Positions 26,041 through 39,670 of a stretch of DNA of 64,000 nucleotides are shown one piece after another. A program made the position numbers and the translations under genes. This stretch comes from Malacoraja senta (Eukaryota): the NCBI GenBank assembly GCA_038087875.1, contig CM075999.1, forward strand, positions 2,420,001 through 2,484,000. Reading direction: 5' to 3'. A model generated the notes under the pieces. The model was not told where the DNA came from and ran no database searches. It saw nothing but the letters and a program-made list of their open reading frames with translations. Each line of letters begins with the position of its first letter. The stretch's first letter is position 1.

Positions 26041-27763
26041 TACCTGTACACTGTGATCGGCTCGACTGTAATCATGTGTTGTCTTTCCGCTGACTGGTTA
26101 GCGCGCAACAAAAGCTTTTCACTGTACCTCGGTGCACGTGACAATAATCTGAACTGAACTAAACTAAACTTTCATGGACTCATGAGGCTGTCAGACTGTT
26201 GTGTTAAAAACCCATCACGTTCACTAATGTCCTTCAGGGTGAGAAACATCCTCTGTCATTAGACTGCCTGGCTATTTGTGGGCCCAACCGCTGAGGGACT
26301 GTCCAAAGTCACCCAAAAAAAGCCAATTAAAGCTCAGCGATAAATGGTGACTTTCCCTTCGCTTGTCTCAAGAGCAAATGGATGCAAACAGGAGTGTTTG
26401 GGTTAATTATGTTAACTTTACAGGGCAAACTGCGGGGGGAAAGCAAATTTCAGCAGCGCATCTGTCAATACTGGGATAATGGGTCTGCGTACACAAGTAC
26501 TTTGGAATATGGACGGCTCCTGGCTTAATTTAGTTTAGTTTAGAGATACAGAGCGGAAACAGGCCCTTCGGCCCACCGAGTCCGTGCCAATCAGCGATCC
26601 CCGCACACTAACACTAACCTTCACACACTAGGGACTTTTTTTTTACATTTACCAAGCCAATTAACCTACACACCTGTACGGTTTTGGAGTGTGGGAGGAA
26701 ACTGAAGGTCTCGGAGAAAACCCACGCAGCTCACGGGGAGAACGTACAAACTCCGTACAGACGGCACCCGTGGTCGGGATCGAACCTGGGTCTCCGGCGC
26801 TGCATTCGCTGTGAGGCAGCAACTCTACCCGCTGCGCAGATACTGCGCTGAGACAGTTAAATAAATCCTGGCTGTTCTATCTCCCCTCTCAACCCCATAT
26901 TCCTGCCTTCTCCCAGTAACCCCTGACACCCGTACTAATGAAGAAGGGTCTCAGACCGAAACGTCACCTATTCCTTCGTTCCATAGATGCCGCCTCACCC
27001 GCCAAGTTTCTCCACCATTTTTGTCCACCCGTACTAATGAAGAATCTATCAATCTCTGCTTAAAAAATACCCATTGACTTGGCCTCCACAGCCTTCTGTA
27101 GCAATGAGTTCCACAGATTCACCCCCTTCTGACTAAAGAAATTCTTCCTCATCTCCTTCCTAAAGGAGCCTCCTTTAATTTTGAGGCTTTGACCTCTGGT
27201 CCTAGACTCTCCCACTAGTGGAAACATCCTCTCCACATCCAATCTATCCAGGCCGTTCACTATTCGGTAAGTTTCAATTGAGGCACCCCCCTCATCCTCC
27301 AGCAAGTAGTGGCACCAAACACTCATCATAAGCTTTACATAGATACATAGAAAATAGGTGCAGGAGTAGGCCATTCGGCCCTTCGAGCCTGGCACCGCCA
27401 TTCAATATGATCATGGCTGATCATCCAACTCAGTATCCCGTACCTGCCTTCTCTCCATACCCCCTGATCCCTTTAGCCACAAGGGCCACATCTAACTCCC
27501 TCTTAAATATAGCCAATGAACTGGCGTCAACTACCCTCTGTGGCAGAGAGTTCCAGAGATTCACCACTCTCTGTGTGAAAAAGTTTTCCTCATCTCGGTC
27601 TTAAAGGATTTCCCCCTTATCCTTAAGCTGTGACCCCTTGTCCTGGACTTCCCCAACATCGGGAACAATCTTCCTGCATCTAGCCTGTCCAACTCATTTG
27701 TGGGATCATTCTCGTAAACTACGTCTGGACACTCCTCAGCGCCAGCACATCCTTCCTCAGATA

Positions 27764-27968
27764 GCCACAAAATGCTGGAGTAACTCAGCAGGACAGGCAG
27801 CATCTCTGGAGAGAAGGAATGGGTGACCCTCTGAAGAAGGTCTGAAGAAGGGTCTCGAACCGTGATGTCACCCATTCCTTCTCTCCAGAGATGCTGCCTG
27901 TCCCGCTGAGTTACTCCGGCACCTTGTGTCTATCTTTGGTTTAAACCAGCATCTGCAGTTGCTTCCTA
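27764..27968. mobile_element. Palindromic Penelope-derived element
   Basis: 18-bp TSD cacatccttcctcagata at 27746-27763 and 27969-27986; inverted arms; hammerhead-like core at ~27842. Confidence 0.85.
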
Positions 27969-28559
27969 CACATCCTTCCTCAGATAAGGGGCCCAAAACT
28001 GCTCACAATACTCCAAGTAGGGAGTATTTTCTCCGTAATGGATCATCTGACACTGCCTTAAGATTCTTCAAATTTTCTAGATGCTGCACAGAAATGTTTA
28101 GCGAAAATAGCTAAAGTAGTACCGTACTCATTAATCAAGGGCTTTAAAGGGAAGTGACTATCTGAATTATGAAGTCCTGCTGTCAACCCTTGAATCCAAT
28201 TTGCCTAAAGTTGCTTAATTTATGGAGAAATAACAAATTGTTGATTGTGGAGGTAATTCAGATCTGAAGAACCCTTTTCTCCAATATAGCTTTCAATAAA
28301 CTAAGGGCCTTTGTAGCTTCTTTCAAAATTAGTTTTTTGATGTATTCATTCTCATTAAAGTGAGAGGTGTCAGACAGAGCAGTGGATGGTATATTATTCT
28401 GCTCTATTGCTCCTGATAAGATTAAGGTCTCACAGACCAGAACCATTGATATTAACCTCCAGGCATTAGTCTTGACAAATCTGTAAGTATATTTTCGAAC
28501 AACATGTTTATGGATCATCTTAAAACAACTGACAGAGAAGATGTTTTCACAGATCCAGT

Positions 28560-29200
28560 GGGACAGGGTGGCGCAGCGGTAGAGTTGCTGCCTCACAGCG
28601 CCAGAGACCCAGGTTCGATCCTGACTAAGGGTGCTGCCTGTAGGGAATTTGTTCGTTGATTTGCGAGGGTTTTCTCCGGGAGCTCCGGTTTCCTCCCACT
28701 TTCCAAAGACGTACAGGTTTGTAATTGGCTTGGTACAATTATCACTTGTCCCTCGTGTGTGTAGGGTAGTGTTAGTGTGCGGGGATCAGCGGTCGGCATG
28801 GACTTGGTGGGCCGAAGGGCCTATTTCCACACCAGATCTCTAAACTAAATTTCAGATGTCTGTGCCTGGGATCTCCGGTTTCCTCCCACACTCCAAAGAC
28901 GTACAGGTTTGTCGGTTAATTGGCTTGGTATAATTGTAAATTGTCCCTGTGTAGGAAGGAACTGCAGATGTTTGGTCTAAACCGAAGAGAGACACAAAAT
29001 GCTGCAGTAACTCAGCGGGACAGGCAGCATCTCTGGAGAGAAGGAATGGGTGACGTTTGGGGTCGAGGCCCTCTGCGGACTGATCTGTGTTAATTGTCCC
29101 TAGTGTGTGTGGGATAGGGTTAATGTGTGGGAATCATTGGTTGGCGTGGACTTGGTGGGCTGAAGGGCCTGTTTCCACGCTGTATCTCTGAACTAAACAA
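28560..29200 (+). mobile_element. V-SINE plus a partial second copy (other plus copies: 24747-25353, 35045-35675, 55005-55277, 57965-58135, 62552-62820)
   Basis: A/B boxes, V core and 3' tail. Confidence 0.85.
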
Positions 29201-30934
29201 AACTTGATTCGGTCAGAAGTCAAACTAAGTCCTGGCTCACTTCTCCAGCGATGAATATATGGTGGTGACGATTCTCCCTGCAGCAAGCAGCATGAGGTTT
29301 GGGCAGGGCCTGTGATCAGCTGAGGGGATGTGTAGGAAGGAACTGCAGATGCTGGGATAAACCAAAGAGAGACACAAAATGCTGGAGTAACTGCTGGACA
29401 GGCAGCATCTCTGGAGAGAAGGAATGGGTGACTTTTGGGTCGAGACCCTTCTTCAGACTCTGTGTCAGGATCGAACCCGGATCTCTGGAGCTGTAAGGCA
29501 GCAACTCTACCGCTGCGCCACCCTGCCGCCCATTATTAAGAAAAACTGAAATTAATATACACAGCATTTCATCGCAGGTCTACTATTATACCTGGATTAA
29601 TTAATATGAACTAATTTACTCTGCCTGGTCTGGTCTGTATGTGTGTCTCGACTCATTAACGCGAATGACTCTTAACTGCAATCCTTTCAGTATTGGGATG
29701 ATTAAGATAGACACAAAATGCTGGAGTAACTCAGCGGGACAGGCAGTATCTCTGGAGAGAAGGGATGGGTGGTGTTTTGGGTCGACGCGAAACGTTACCC
29801 ATTCCATCTCTCCAGAGATGCTGCCTGTCCCACTGAGTTACTCCAGCATTTTGTGTCTATCTTCGGTTTAAACCAGCATCTGCAGTTCCTTCCTACACAT
29901 GACTCTAATCAGTACTTTTGTAACTTTATCAGCACCAGGAACGTGGCAACTCTTTGTGTACTTGGTATATTGTACGCAAAAACAAATAATTTCTCCGTAG
30001 CTAGGCACATGAGACTATAAAGCATCACTGAATCATTGAACGTATCATTGAGGTCAGTCTGAGAGTCAGGGGAGACATAAAGATATGGAAGGGTAAGGTG
30101 TGAAAATGAGAAATCAAAGTGGGCGTCGATCAAGGGAAATGTAGAATGGATCATTGTTGGCTGAGGGGAAGGTGACAACGAGGCGTTCAATCAGTAAAAC
30201 TTAATCAGGAGGACAGTGAAGGTTTGGGTGACAGATACAAAAAGCTGGAGTAACTCAGCGGATCAGGCAGCGTCTCTGGAGTGAAGGAATGGGTGACGTT
30301 TCGGGTCGAGACCTTTCTTCAGACTGAAATGTCAGCGTTCTCCGATACTTGAGTGCATATCTTTCATTCATTTGTTCTGTATCTCTCTACATCACCGTCT
30401 ATATCTCGCCTATCCCTTTTTTTCCTGACTCTGAATAGTCTGAAGAAGGGTCTCGACCCGAAACGTCACCGATTCCTTTTCTCCAGCGATGCTGCCTGTC
30501 CCGCTGAGTTGCTCCAGCTTTCAGTGTCTGTCTTCAGCTGTGGAGTTAGACAGAAAATGCTGGAGTAACTCAGCGGGACAGGCAGCATCTCTGGAGGGAA
30601 GGAATGGGCGGCGTTTCGGGTCGAGACCCTTCTTCAGACTGATGTCGGGGGAGTGGGCGGGACAGAGAGAGAATGTAGTCGGAGACAGTAAGACTGGTGG
30701 GAGAACTGGGAAGGGGGAGGGGATGGAGAGAGAGGGAAAGCAAGAGTCAAGAGTGGTTTATTGTCATGTGTCCCAGATAGACCAATGAAACTTGCTGCAG
30801 CACAACAGAATATGTGATCATATTAGATAATATAACAAAAATTCAGAAAAAAAAGAACAGGGGATATTTGAAGTTAGAGAAGTCAATGTTCATACCGCTA
30901 GGGAGTAAATTCAGCTGAGGAGATGCAGGTTCAT

Positions 30935-31778
30935 GGCACAGATGGATGACACAACAGTGGTGGGCCTTATCCGGGATGACAATGAACTGGCTTACAGGGA
31001 GGAGGTGAAACAACGGGTGGACTGGTGCAACACGAACAATCTGATCCTGAATGTCGACAAAACAAAGGAGGTCATCGTCGACTTCAGGAGGAACCGGCAC
31101 AGTCACACACCACTACACATTAATGACATCGATGTGGAGTTGGTCAGTAGCACTAGGTTCCTGGGGGTGCAGATCACGAACAGTCTGACCTGGTCACAAA
31201 ACATCGCATCGCTAGTTAAGAGAGCGCAGCAGCGGTTGCACTTTCTGCGCCGGATGAGAAGAGCCCACCTCCCCCATCCCGTCCTCACCACTTTCTACAG
31301 GGGCACCAGAGAGAGCATTTTGACCAGCTGCATCTCTGTCTGGTTTGGGGACTGCAAAGCCTCCGACTGGAAGTCCGTGCAGAGAGTGGTGAAAAAATCA
31401 TCGGGACTTCTCTTCCTTCAATCGGGGACGTTGCGTGCAAACGTTGCTTGTCCAAGGGCAACAGCATTATAAAAGCCCCCACACATCTCCATCACGGACT
31501 GTTCACTCTGCTGCCCTCGGGCAAAAGGTATCGTAGTATAAGGAGCAGAACGGCCAGGTTCTGCAACAGCTTCTTCCCCCGAGCCATCAGACCCTTGAAT
31601 TCCATATAATGTGTCGCCACTATTATCTATTTTTATCTTTTTATCTATTTTATCCTTTTGTTATTTTCATGTTGCATGGTGAGCCGGATGCAACGAAATT
31701 TCGTTCAGATTTGCATTTGTTGGTGTTTTTGAATGACAATAAAATCTTTGATTGAATGATTGATTGATTGATTGATCA
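30935..31778 (+). mobile_element. Rex1/Babar-like LINE RT 3' fragment
   Basis: DDTTVVGLI..E.AYREEV..WC..NNL.LNVDKTKEVIVDFRR...KRAQQRLHFLRR; 3' UTR with aataaa and (ATTG)n tail. Confidence 0.85.
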
Positions 31779-32010
31779 ATATGCATGCCGATTTGGAGAA
31801 GGTTAGCGGATTCGCGCTCCTTTCGGTTCACATCTGACGGCCGTGAGCAGCCAGCGCTAACGCATTCTTCTCCGTGACATGGGGAGATTGAGGGCAGGGC
31901 AGTCAATTGAAGGTTCTGACCCGTCTCTGAGCCTCTCCATAAAGCACAGACTCTGTAATTAGTGGCGATTAGCGCTGGAATTGGAAAAAAAACAGTTCAT
32001 TTGCATGCTC

Positions 32011-32613
32011 AAGAAGGAACTGCGGTTGCTGGAAAATCGAAGGTAAGACAAAAGTGCTTGAGAAACTCAGCGGGTGCAGCAGCATCTATGGAGCGAAGGA
32101 AATAGGAAACGTTTTTTAAATTTTTTAAAATTTTTATTAGAAGTAAGTACAATTGTATACAATCATATTTTCATAATACATTTTATGTACAGCTTATTTT
32201 TTTTAATTTTGTAATAAAGAAGAAAAAGAAAAAGAAGTTAGATAATGAAGATTAGAAAAATGTGAGATATATAGTGTGCGAAAAAGAAAAATAGAGAGTG
32301 AAAGAAGAAAGTTAAGAAATAGCAAATAGAAGAAAAAGAGTAAAAGAAGAAAAGAGAAGAAAAAGAAAAGAGAAGTAAGGAGATCGTATTTATATATCTT
32401 GACCATTCCTCACCCAGTCACGGATTAGCTTTTACACTTGTGTTGCACCATAGAAATAGGAAAAGTTTATCGGGCCGAAAACCCTTCAGGAAGGAAATAG
32501 GTAACGTTTCGGGGCCGAAACCCGGAAGGGTTTCGGCCCCGAAACGTTGCCTATTTCCTTCACTCCATAGATGCTGCTGCACCCGCTGAGTTTCTCCAGC
32601 ACTTTTGTCTACC
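32011..32613. mobile_element. Palindromic Penelope-derived element containing a nested L1-like insertion
   Basis: 15-bp TSD ttcatttgcatgctc at 31996-32010 and 32614-32628. Confidence 0.85.
32115..32452 (-). mobile_element. L1-like 3' UTR fragment
   Basis: 16-bp TSD gaaataggaaa(c/a)gttt at 32099-32114 and 32453-32468; shares the ttttattagaag end with 41349 and, reverse-complemented, 40057. Confidence 0.8.
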
Positions 32614-33689
32614 TTCATTTGCATGCTCGTTCGGTCAGAACTGGAATGAGATTCCTTGGTACACAAAAATGCTGGAGAAACTCAGCGGGTGCAGCAGCAT
32701 CTATGGAGCGAAGGAAATAGGTAATGTTTCGGGCCGAAACCCTTCTTCAGACTGATAGGGGGTGGGGAGAAGAAAGGAAAAAAGGAAAAGGCGGAGGAGG
32801 AGCCCGAGGGCTGGGGGAGGGGAGGAGACAACCAGATGGCTGATGAAGGGGAGGGGACAGCCAGGGCTAGCAGAATTGGGAGAATTCAATGTTCAGGCCA
32901 CCAGGATGTAGACTGCCCAAGCGGAATATGAGGTGCATTTCCTCCAATTTACGGTGTTGCTCGCTGTGGCCATGGAGGAGACCCAGGACAGAGAGGTCAG
33001 ATACAGAATGGGAGGGGGAGTTGAAGTGCTGAGCCACCGGGAGTTCAGGTTGGTTATTTCGGACCGACCGGAGGTGTTCGGCAAAACGATCGCCAAGCCT
33101 CCGCTTGGTCTCACCGATGTAGATTCGGAGATTCTTTGCGTAGGACGGGAAGCTTCAGACGCTGAGGATCGGACTTTACTGGGCTTTATCTTGCACTAAA
33201 CGTTATTCCCTTTTATCCTGTACACTGTGGACGCTTGATTGTAACTATGTATGGAAGAATGGAACACACAGGAGAGACAAGACTTTGCCTTCCATCACGG
33301 CGAGGAGGAGATTCGCTGTGATGGATGTTTGTGTAAATTGTGTTGTGTCGGTTCTTTTCTTGTTGTGTGACTGCAGAAACCAATATTCGTTTGAACTTCA
33401 TTTGATGTCCAAATGACAACACATTGTATTGTATTGTATTGTATTGTCTTTCCGCTGCGTGTAGGAAGGAACTGCAGATGCCGGTTTACACCCAAGATAG
33501 ACACAAAATGTTGGAGTAACAGGCAACGTCAGGCAACGAATGGGTGACGTTTCAGGTCGAGACCTTTCTTCAGTCCGAAGGGTCTCGACGCAAAAAGTCA
33601 CCCATTCCATCTCCTTAGAGATGCTGCCTGTCCCGCTAAGTTACTCCAGTAATCTGTGTCTATGAGATTCCTTGAGTAGGAAGGAACCG

Positions 33690-34475
33690 TCTCCCTGGTT
33701 AACTCGTCTCTTCCCACCCAAACCACCCCCTCCCCAGGTACCTTCCCCTGCAACCGCAGGAGATGCAACACCTGTCCCTATACCTCCCCCCTCGACTCCG
33801 TCCAAGGTCCCCGACAATCCTTTCAGGTTAGGAAGAGGTTCACTTGCACCTCATCTACTGTATCCGCTGTTCCAGGTGGACTCCAGGTGTGGACTCCAGG
33901 CGTGGACTCCAGGTGTGGGCTCCAGGTGTGGACACTTGTACATCGGCGAGACCAACCGTGGACTGGGTGATCGTTTCGCTGAACACCTCCACTCAGTCCT
34001 GTTCGCGATCTCCCGTTTGCCAAACGCTTTAACTCCCCCTCCCATTCCCGCACTGACCTTTCTGTCCTGGGCCTCCTCCATTGCAAGGGTGAGGCCAAAC
34101 GCAAATTGGAGGAACAGCAGCTTATATTTCGTATTTGGGGAGCTTACACCCCAGCGGTATGAACATCGACTTCTCTAACTTCAGGTAGCCCATGTTTACC
34201 CTCTCTCTCCGTCTCTCCCCCACCATAGTTGTCATTCTAGTATCACTGTCATCCTGCTGTGTTTCATTGTCTGTAACTCGTTTTCACCTAGCCCACCTAA
34301 GCGTTTCCTTTATCATTGTCACTTTTTTTGCATATCTTTCATTCTTTGTTCTATATCACCGTCTATATCTCTCGTTTCCCTCCCCCTGACTCTTAGTCTG
34401 AAGAAGAGTCTCGACCCAAAACATCACCTATTCTTTTTCTCCAGAGATGCTGCCTGACCCGCTGAGTTACTCCTA
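33690..34475 (+). mobile_element. Penelope-like element 3' fragment: GIY-YIG endonuclease C-terminus + 3' UTR + hammerhead motif
   Basis: Across frameshifts: IYCIRCSR..CGHLYIGETNRGLGDRFAEHL...FNSPSHS..DLSVLGLLHC...RKLEEQQLIF...GMNIDFSNFR. This is followed by ctgaagaagagtctcgacccaaaac at ~34398. Confidence 0.85.
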
Positions 34476-35114
34476 TGTCTTTCAGGTATTGTGGATGCTG
34501 GTTTAGACACAAAATGCTGGAGTAACTCAGCGGGACAGGCAGCATCTCCGGAGAGAAGGAATGGGTGACGTTTCGGGTCGAGACCCTTTTCCAGACTGAG
34601 AGTCAGGGGAGAGGGAAACCGGAGATATGGAAGGGTAAGGTGTGAAGACGACAGATCAAAGCAGATGATGTTAAGGAAATGTAGAATGGTTCATTGTTGG
34701 CTGAGGAGAAGGTGACAACGAGGCGAAAAATCAGAAAAATTAATCAGGAGGACGGTGGAACTAGTCGGAGAACTAGGGTGGGGGAGGGATAGAGAGAGAG
34801 GGAAAGCAAGGGGTACTTGAAGTTAGAGATATCAATATCCTTGTAGCTTCAGTAGATTCATGAGCACTGTAACCAAAGCTGTCTGAGTTACTCTAGCACT
34901 TTGTGTCCAACTCAAGTGACTCAAGCTAGTTCTTTACAAAGCTCTGTATATCTGGAGAGGACACAAAGTGTTGGAGTAACACAGCGGGTCAGGCAGCATC
35001 GATGAAATATCTGTTTGCAATCTGGAGCGTACGTGGAGTTACATGGTGGCATGGTGGCGCAGCGGTAGAGTTGCTACCTCACAGCGCCAAAGACCCGGGT
35101 TCGATCCTGACTTA

Positions 35115-35435
35115 TGGCCCTGTCCCACGGTACGAGTTCATTCCAAGAGCTCTCCCGAGTTTAAAAAAAATCGAACTCGTGGTAAGCACGGAGAATGAAC
35201 GTAGCGGGTACGTCGGAGCTCGGGGACGTCTCTTAGCGCTAACGGCAGGTACTCGGGAAGACTCGCTAACGGCAGGTAAGCACGGGAAGACTCGTGAAGA
35301 TTTTTCAACATGTTGAAAAATGTCCACGAGAGCCCCGAGTACCGACGAGCGGCCATTACCGTAAATCTCCGAGTTCGAATCAGGGCAAACTCGGGAGAGC
35401 TCTTGGAATGAACTCGTACCGTGGGACAGGGGCCA
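35115..35435. mobile_element. PIF/Harbinger-type MITE inserted just after the SINE B box
   Basis: TIRs tggccctgtcccacggtacgagttcattccaagagctctcccgagttt; TTA at 35112-35114 and 35436-35438. Confidence 0.88.
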
Positions 35436-35984
35436 TTACGGGTGCTGTCTGTACGGAGTTTGTACCTTCTCCCCGTCACCTGCGTGGGTTTTCTCCGGGT
35501 GCTCCGGTTTCCTCCCACACTCCAAAGACGTGCAGGTTTGTAGGTTAATTGGCTTGGTACAAGTGTAAAATTGTCCTTAATATATGCACGGTAGTGTTGG
35601 TGGGCAAGGATCGCTGATCGGCGCTGACTCAGTGGGTCGAAGGGCCTGTTCCCACGCTGTATCTCTCAACTAAACCTATCTGCTCAAACTCGGGGAAGGG
35701 AACGGATCCACAGTGCACGAATAAAGTCGGCATCGCTAGATTCTTGAGCACTGTAACCAATTTTTTAATTACTCAAAATTACATTGAGCCAGCTACCATG
35801 GTGGGATTTAAACCATAAGCCTTCAACTTATTAGGCTGGTACCATAACCACCGTGCTTACATACTCTAGTGAGCTGGCTTACGATAGAAATAGAATTTAA
35901 TATTTATTGAGGAACATTTGAAATGTTATATTATGTACTGACTGCGTGTGGCTTCATAGGGCAGCAGATTAATGATACGATACC

Positions 35985-36335
35985 ATTACTATCGAACTTT
36001 ATTGATCCCAGGAGGGAAATTGATCTGCCAACAGTCATAGAAACAAAAAATACATGAATCGTGATGAGTGGAAATGATTGGTGGGGGGGGGGGGGGGGGT
36101 AAAGATTGGGGGGGAGGGGGGATAGGGGAGTCAGTCTACCCCACGACAGAAGGGGGAGGAGATGTACAGTTTGATCGCCACAGGGAAGAAGGATCTCCTG
36201 TGGCGTTCTGTGCTGCATCTTGGTGGAACCGGTCTGTTGCTGAAGGTGCTCCTCAGGTTGACCAGTGTGTCACGGAGGGGGTGAGCTGTATTGTCCAGGA
36301 TGCTCCGCAGTTTGAGGAGCATCCACCCCTCCAAG
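35985..36335 (-). mobile_element. Rex1/L2-like LINE 3' fragment
   Basis: LKLRSILDNTAHPLRDTL...FSNR...RCSTERHRRSFFPVAIKLY. Confidence 0.75.
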
Positions 36336-36700
36336 ACCAATTAATCCAGTGTGCGGATCTTTACAGAGTAATTTGCAATGGCGAGAGAATGGTTTATCTT
36401 TCGGCACCGAGCAGAAGAGACCAAACTTAGACTCGGCGACCGTTTCGATGAACACTTGCACTCGGTCCGCCAAGGCCTATGGGATCTCCCATTTCAACTC
36501 TCTTTCCCATTCCCACTGACCTTTCTGTCCTGGGCCTTTTTCAATTCTGTCTCACGCCTTCTGCTTCCGTCTCCAGCCTTCTGCCCATCAAAGCCCACCT
36601 CACCTGTGTCCACCTATTACCTGCTGTGCTCCGTCCTGCCTCTCCCCTCCTCCATCTTCCTTCTCCTCCCTACAATCAGTCTGAAGAAGAGTCGCAACCT

Positions 36701-36888
36701 GAAGTGTCACCTATCCATGTTCCCCAGAGATGCTGCCTGACCCGCTGAGTTACTCCAGCACTCTGTGAAATGTCACCTATCCATGTTCCCCAGAGATGCT
36801 GCCTGACCCGCTGAGTTACTCCAGCACTCTGTGAAATGTCACCTATCCATGTTCCCCAGAGATGCTGCCTGACCCGCTGAGTTACTCT
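36701..36888 (+). repeat. 66-bp tandem repeat derived from the Penelope-like terminus (about 3 units; also 44733-44925- and 6051-6180-)
   Basis: Unit gaaa(c/t)gtcacctatccatgttc(c/t)ccagagatgctgcctgacccgctgagttactccagcactctgt starts at 36701, 36767 and 36833. Confidence 0.9.
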
Positions 36889-38135
36889 GGCACAGTGTAC
36901 TTCTGTGCTTTGTAAGCTATACGGAACCACACTATAAATGATAAGGTAGACCAAAATGCTGGAAAAACTCAGCGGGTGCGGCAGCATCTATGGAGCGAAG
37001 GAAATAGGCAGCGTTTCGGCCCGAAACCCTTCCGGGTTTCGTCCCGAAACGTTGCCTATTTCCTTCAGGGTTTCGGCCCGAAAGGTTGCCCATTTCCTTC
37101 GCTCCACAGATGCTGCCTGGCCCGCTGAGTTACTCCAGCACTCTGAGAAACGTCACCTATCCATGTTCTCCACAGATGCTGCCTGACCCGCTGAGTTGCT
37201 CCAGCACTTAGTTCCCTCTTGTGTTTTAACTAACATCAGTAGTTATAGAGTCATACAGCGTGGAAACAGGTCCTTCAGCCCAACTTGCCTTCCCCAACCA
37301 ACATGTCCCATCTACATTAGTCCCACTAGCAACTGCAGATGCTGGTTTACATAAAAGGACACAAAGTGCGGACGTAACTCAGCGGGTCAGTCAGCATCTC
37401 TGGATAACATGAAGACCCAAGTCTGAAGAAGGGTCCCAACCCGAAACGTCACCTATCCATGTTCTCCGGAGAATTTCCACAGCTGATTAAATCCACAAGA
37501 ACCACACAACACGGTGATGTGAGAGAGAACAGGAATGTCCACAAGGAGAAGATAGACACAAAATGCCGGAGTAACAAAAGGGAGGACAGGCAGCATCTCT
37601 GGAGAGAAGGAATGGGCGACGTTTTCGGGTCGAGACCCTTCTTCAGACTGAGAGTCCGGGGAGAGGGAAACGAGAGATATAGACGGTGATGTAGAGAGAT
37701 GTAGAACAAATGAATGTAAAATGTGCAAAAAAGTACCGATGATAAAGGAAACAGGCCATTGTTAGCTGTTTGTTGGGTGAGAACGAGAAGCTGGTGCGAC
37801 TTGGGTGGACATTCCGGCACAAGAATATTCACAATCTTGCTTTGAGTGGAACCATCCAGGAAGAATATCCCCTTGGACAAATATAAACCAACTAAAAGAT
37901 CCCGGATGGGAGATGTTATCCGAGGTATTTTTAGATGGCAACTTCGGCTAATTGAATGCTCAACAGCGAATTGAGCTGATGAATCCGACTTGGAGCTTTT
38001 TACACTTTAACACAAAAGCACAATATCTATGTGAAAGTGTTCCCTCTCAGCATCAATGCGCCTGTTAGAGCAAGCTGTGAATGCAACAAAGCAGGAGGAA
38101 GTGTTGGTGAAACTGGAGCTGTTGTCTAGTCACAG

Positions 38136-38163
38136 GAGAGAGAGAGAGAGAGAGAGAGAGAGA
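38136..38163 (+). repeat. (GA)n microsatellite
   Basis: Direct reading. Confidence 0.95.
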
Positions 38164-39670
38164 CGCCGAGAGATCATGCAATCCACAAACTCCGGTCAAC
38201 ACAACCCACGTTCTCACTATCCCTCCTCCTCCCCATCGCCACCGCACCGGCTGTTTGGAGGCAATGTTGGTAGATGGATAAGATAGAATTAGAGTCATTC
38301 CTAAGATGTACAGCTTGTGTAGGAAGGAACTGCAGTTGCTGGTTTACACCGAAGATAGACACTAAATGCTGGAGTAACTCAGGCGGCATCTCTGGATAGA
38401 AGGAATGGGTAACGTTTCGAGTCGAGACGTTAATTGGCTTGGTATAAATGTAAATTGTCCCCAGTTGTGTAAGACAGTGTTTATAGACAATAGAAACATA
38501 GAAACATAGAAAATAGGTGATGGGGTAGGCCATTCGGCCCTTCGAGCCAGCACCGCCATTCAATATGATCATGGCTGATCATCCAAAATCAGTATCCAGT
38601 TCCTGCTTTCACCCCATATCCCTTGATTCCGTTAGCCCTAAGAGCTAAATCTAACTCTCTCTTGAAAACATCCAGTGAATTGGCCTCCACTGTGTGAAAA
38701 ATGTTTTTCTCATCTCGGTCCTAAAAGACTTCCCTCTTATCCTTAAACTGTGACCCCTTGTCCTGGACTTCCCCAACATTGGGAACAATCTTCCTGCATC
38801 TAGCCTGTCCAACCCCTTAAGAATTTTGTACGTTTCTATAAGATCCCCCCTCAATCTTCTAAATTCTAGCGAGTACAAGCCAAATCTTCTAAATTCTAGC
38901 GAGTACAAGCTGTTGTCATCTGTGTCCCAAAAAGGAACAATGAAATTATTATTTGCAGCAGCACAACATTGGTATGCAAACATTGTACACATAGTCCACA
39001 AGTTCCAGCAGCAGAATTAGGCCATTCGGCCCATCAAGGCTACTCTGCCATTCAATTGCGGCTGATCTATCAATCGCATTCTCCTGCCTTCGCCCCATTA
39101 CCCCTGACACCCGCACTAATCAGGATAGTTTTTGCACAGGTTACCAAGAAAAAAAAGGGACAACATACAAAATTTTCAGAGGCCAATTAACCGACCAACT
39201 TGGACCGTATGTCTTTGGAGCACAGGGGAACGTACAAACTCCGTACCGACAGCACCCGTAGTCAGGATGGAACCCGGGTCTCTGGGGCTGTGAGGCAGCA
39301 ACTCTACCGCTGCGCCACCCTGCTGCCTTGTCTTTCTTTTCCGTCTTTTACACTGTTACTCACTGCTCCCTCCTCTTCATTTGCTACTAAAGATAAGCTG
39401 ACAGCTTTAAATAAACTAGGGAGACCCAGCAACTAGATGCATTAACAGCTGCAATGCACCTGACATAAGCATTCAGACTCCAGCAGAAACAAACTCAAAT
39501 TGAAATGCTTTGCCTCCTTACTGAAAATTCCTCGTCGACTTCCACCCCTATCCTGCATAAACCAGTTGTGTCACTTTCCCAAGTAGTTTAATTTAGTTTA
39601 GAGATATAGTGCGGAAACTGGCCCTTCGGCCCACCGCGTCTGAGCCGAATAGCGATCTCCGCACACGTAA

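Noticed and set aside
28258..28596. 112-aa minus-strand ORF in mostly unique DNA
   Set aside because: Starts within an antisense SINE head; no recognisable domain or splice structure.
38056..38286. ORF with an ERERER stretch
   Set aside because: Driven by the (GA)n microsatellite; no other coding evidence.
38853..38910. 28-bp direct duplication at the 5' end of a CR1 fragment
   Set aside because: Ordinary RT template jump or slippage at a truncation point; not a separate element.
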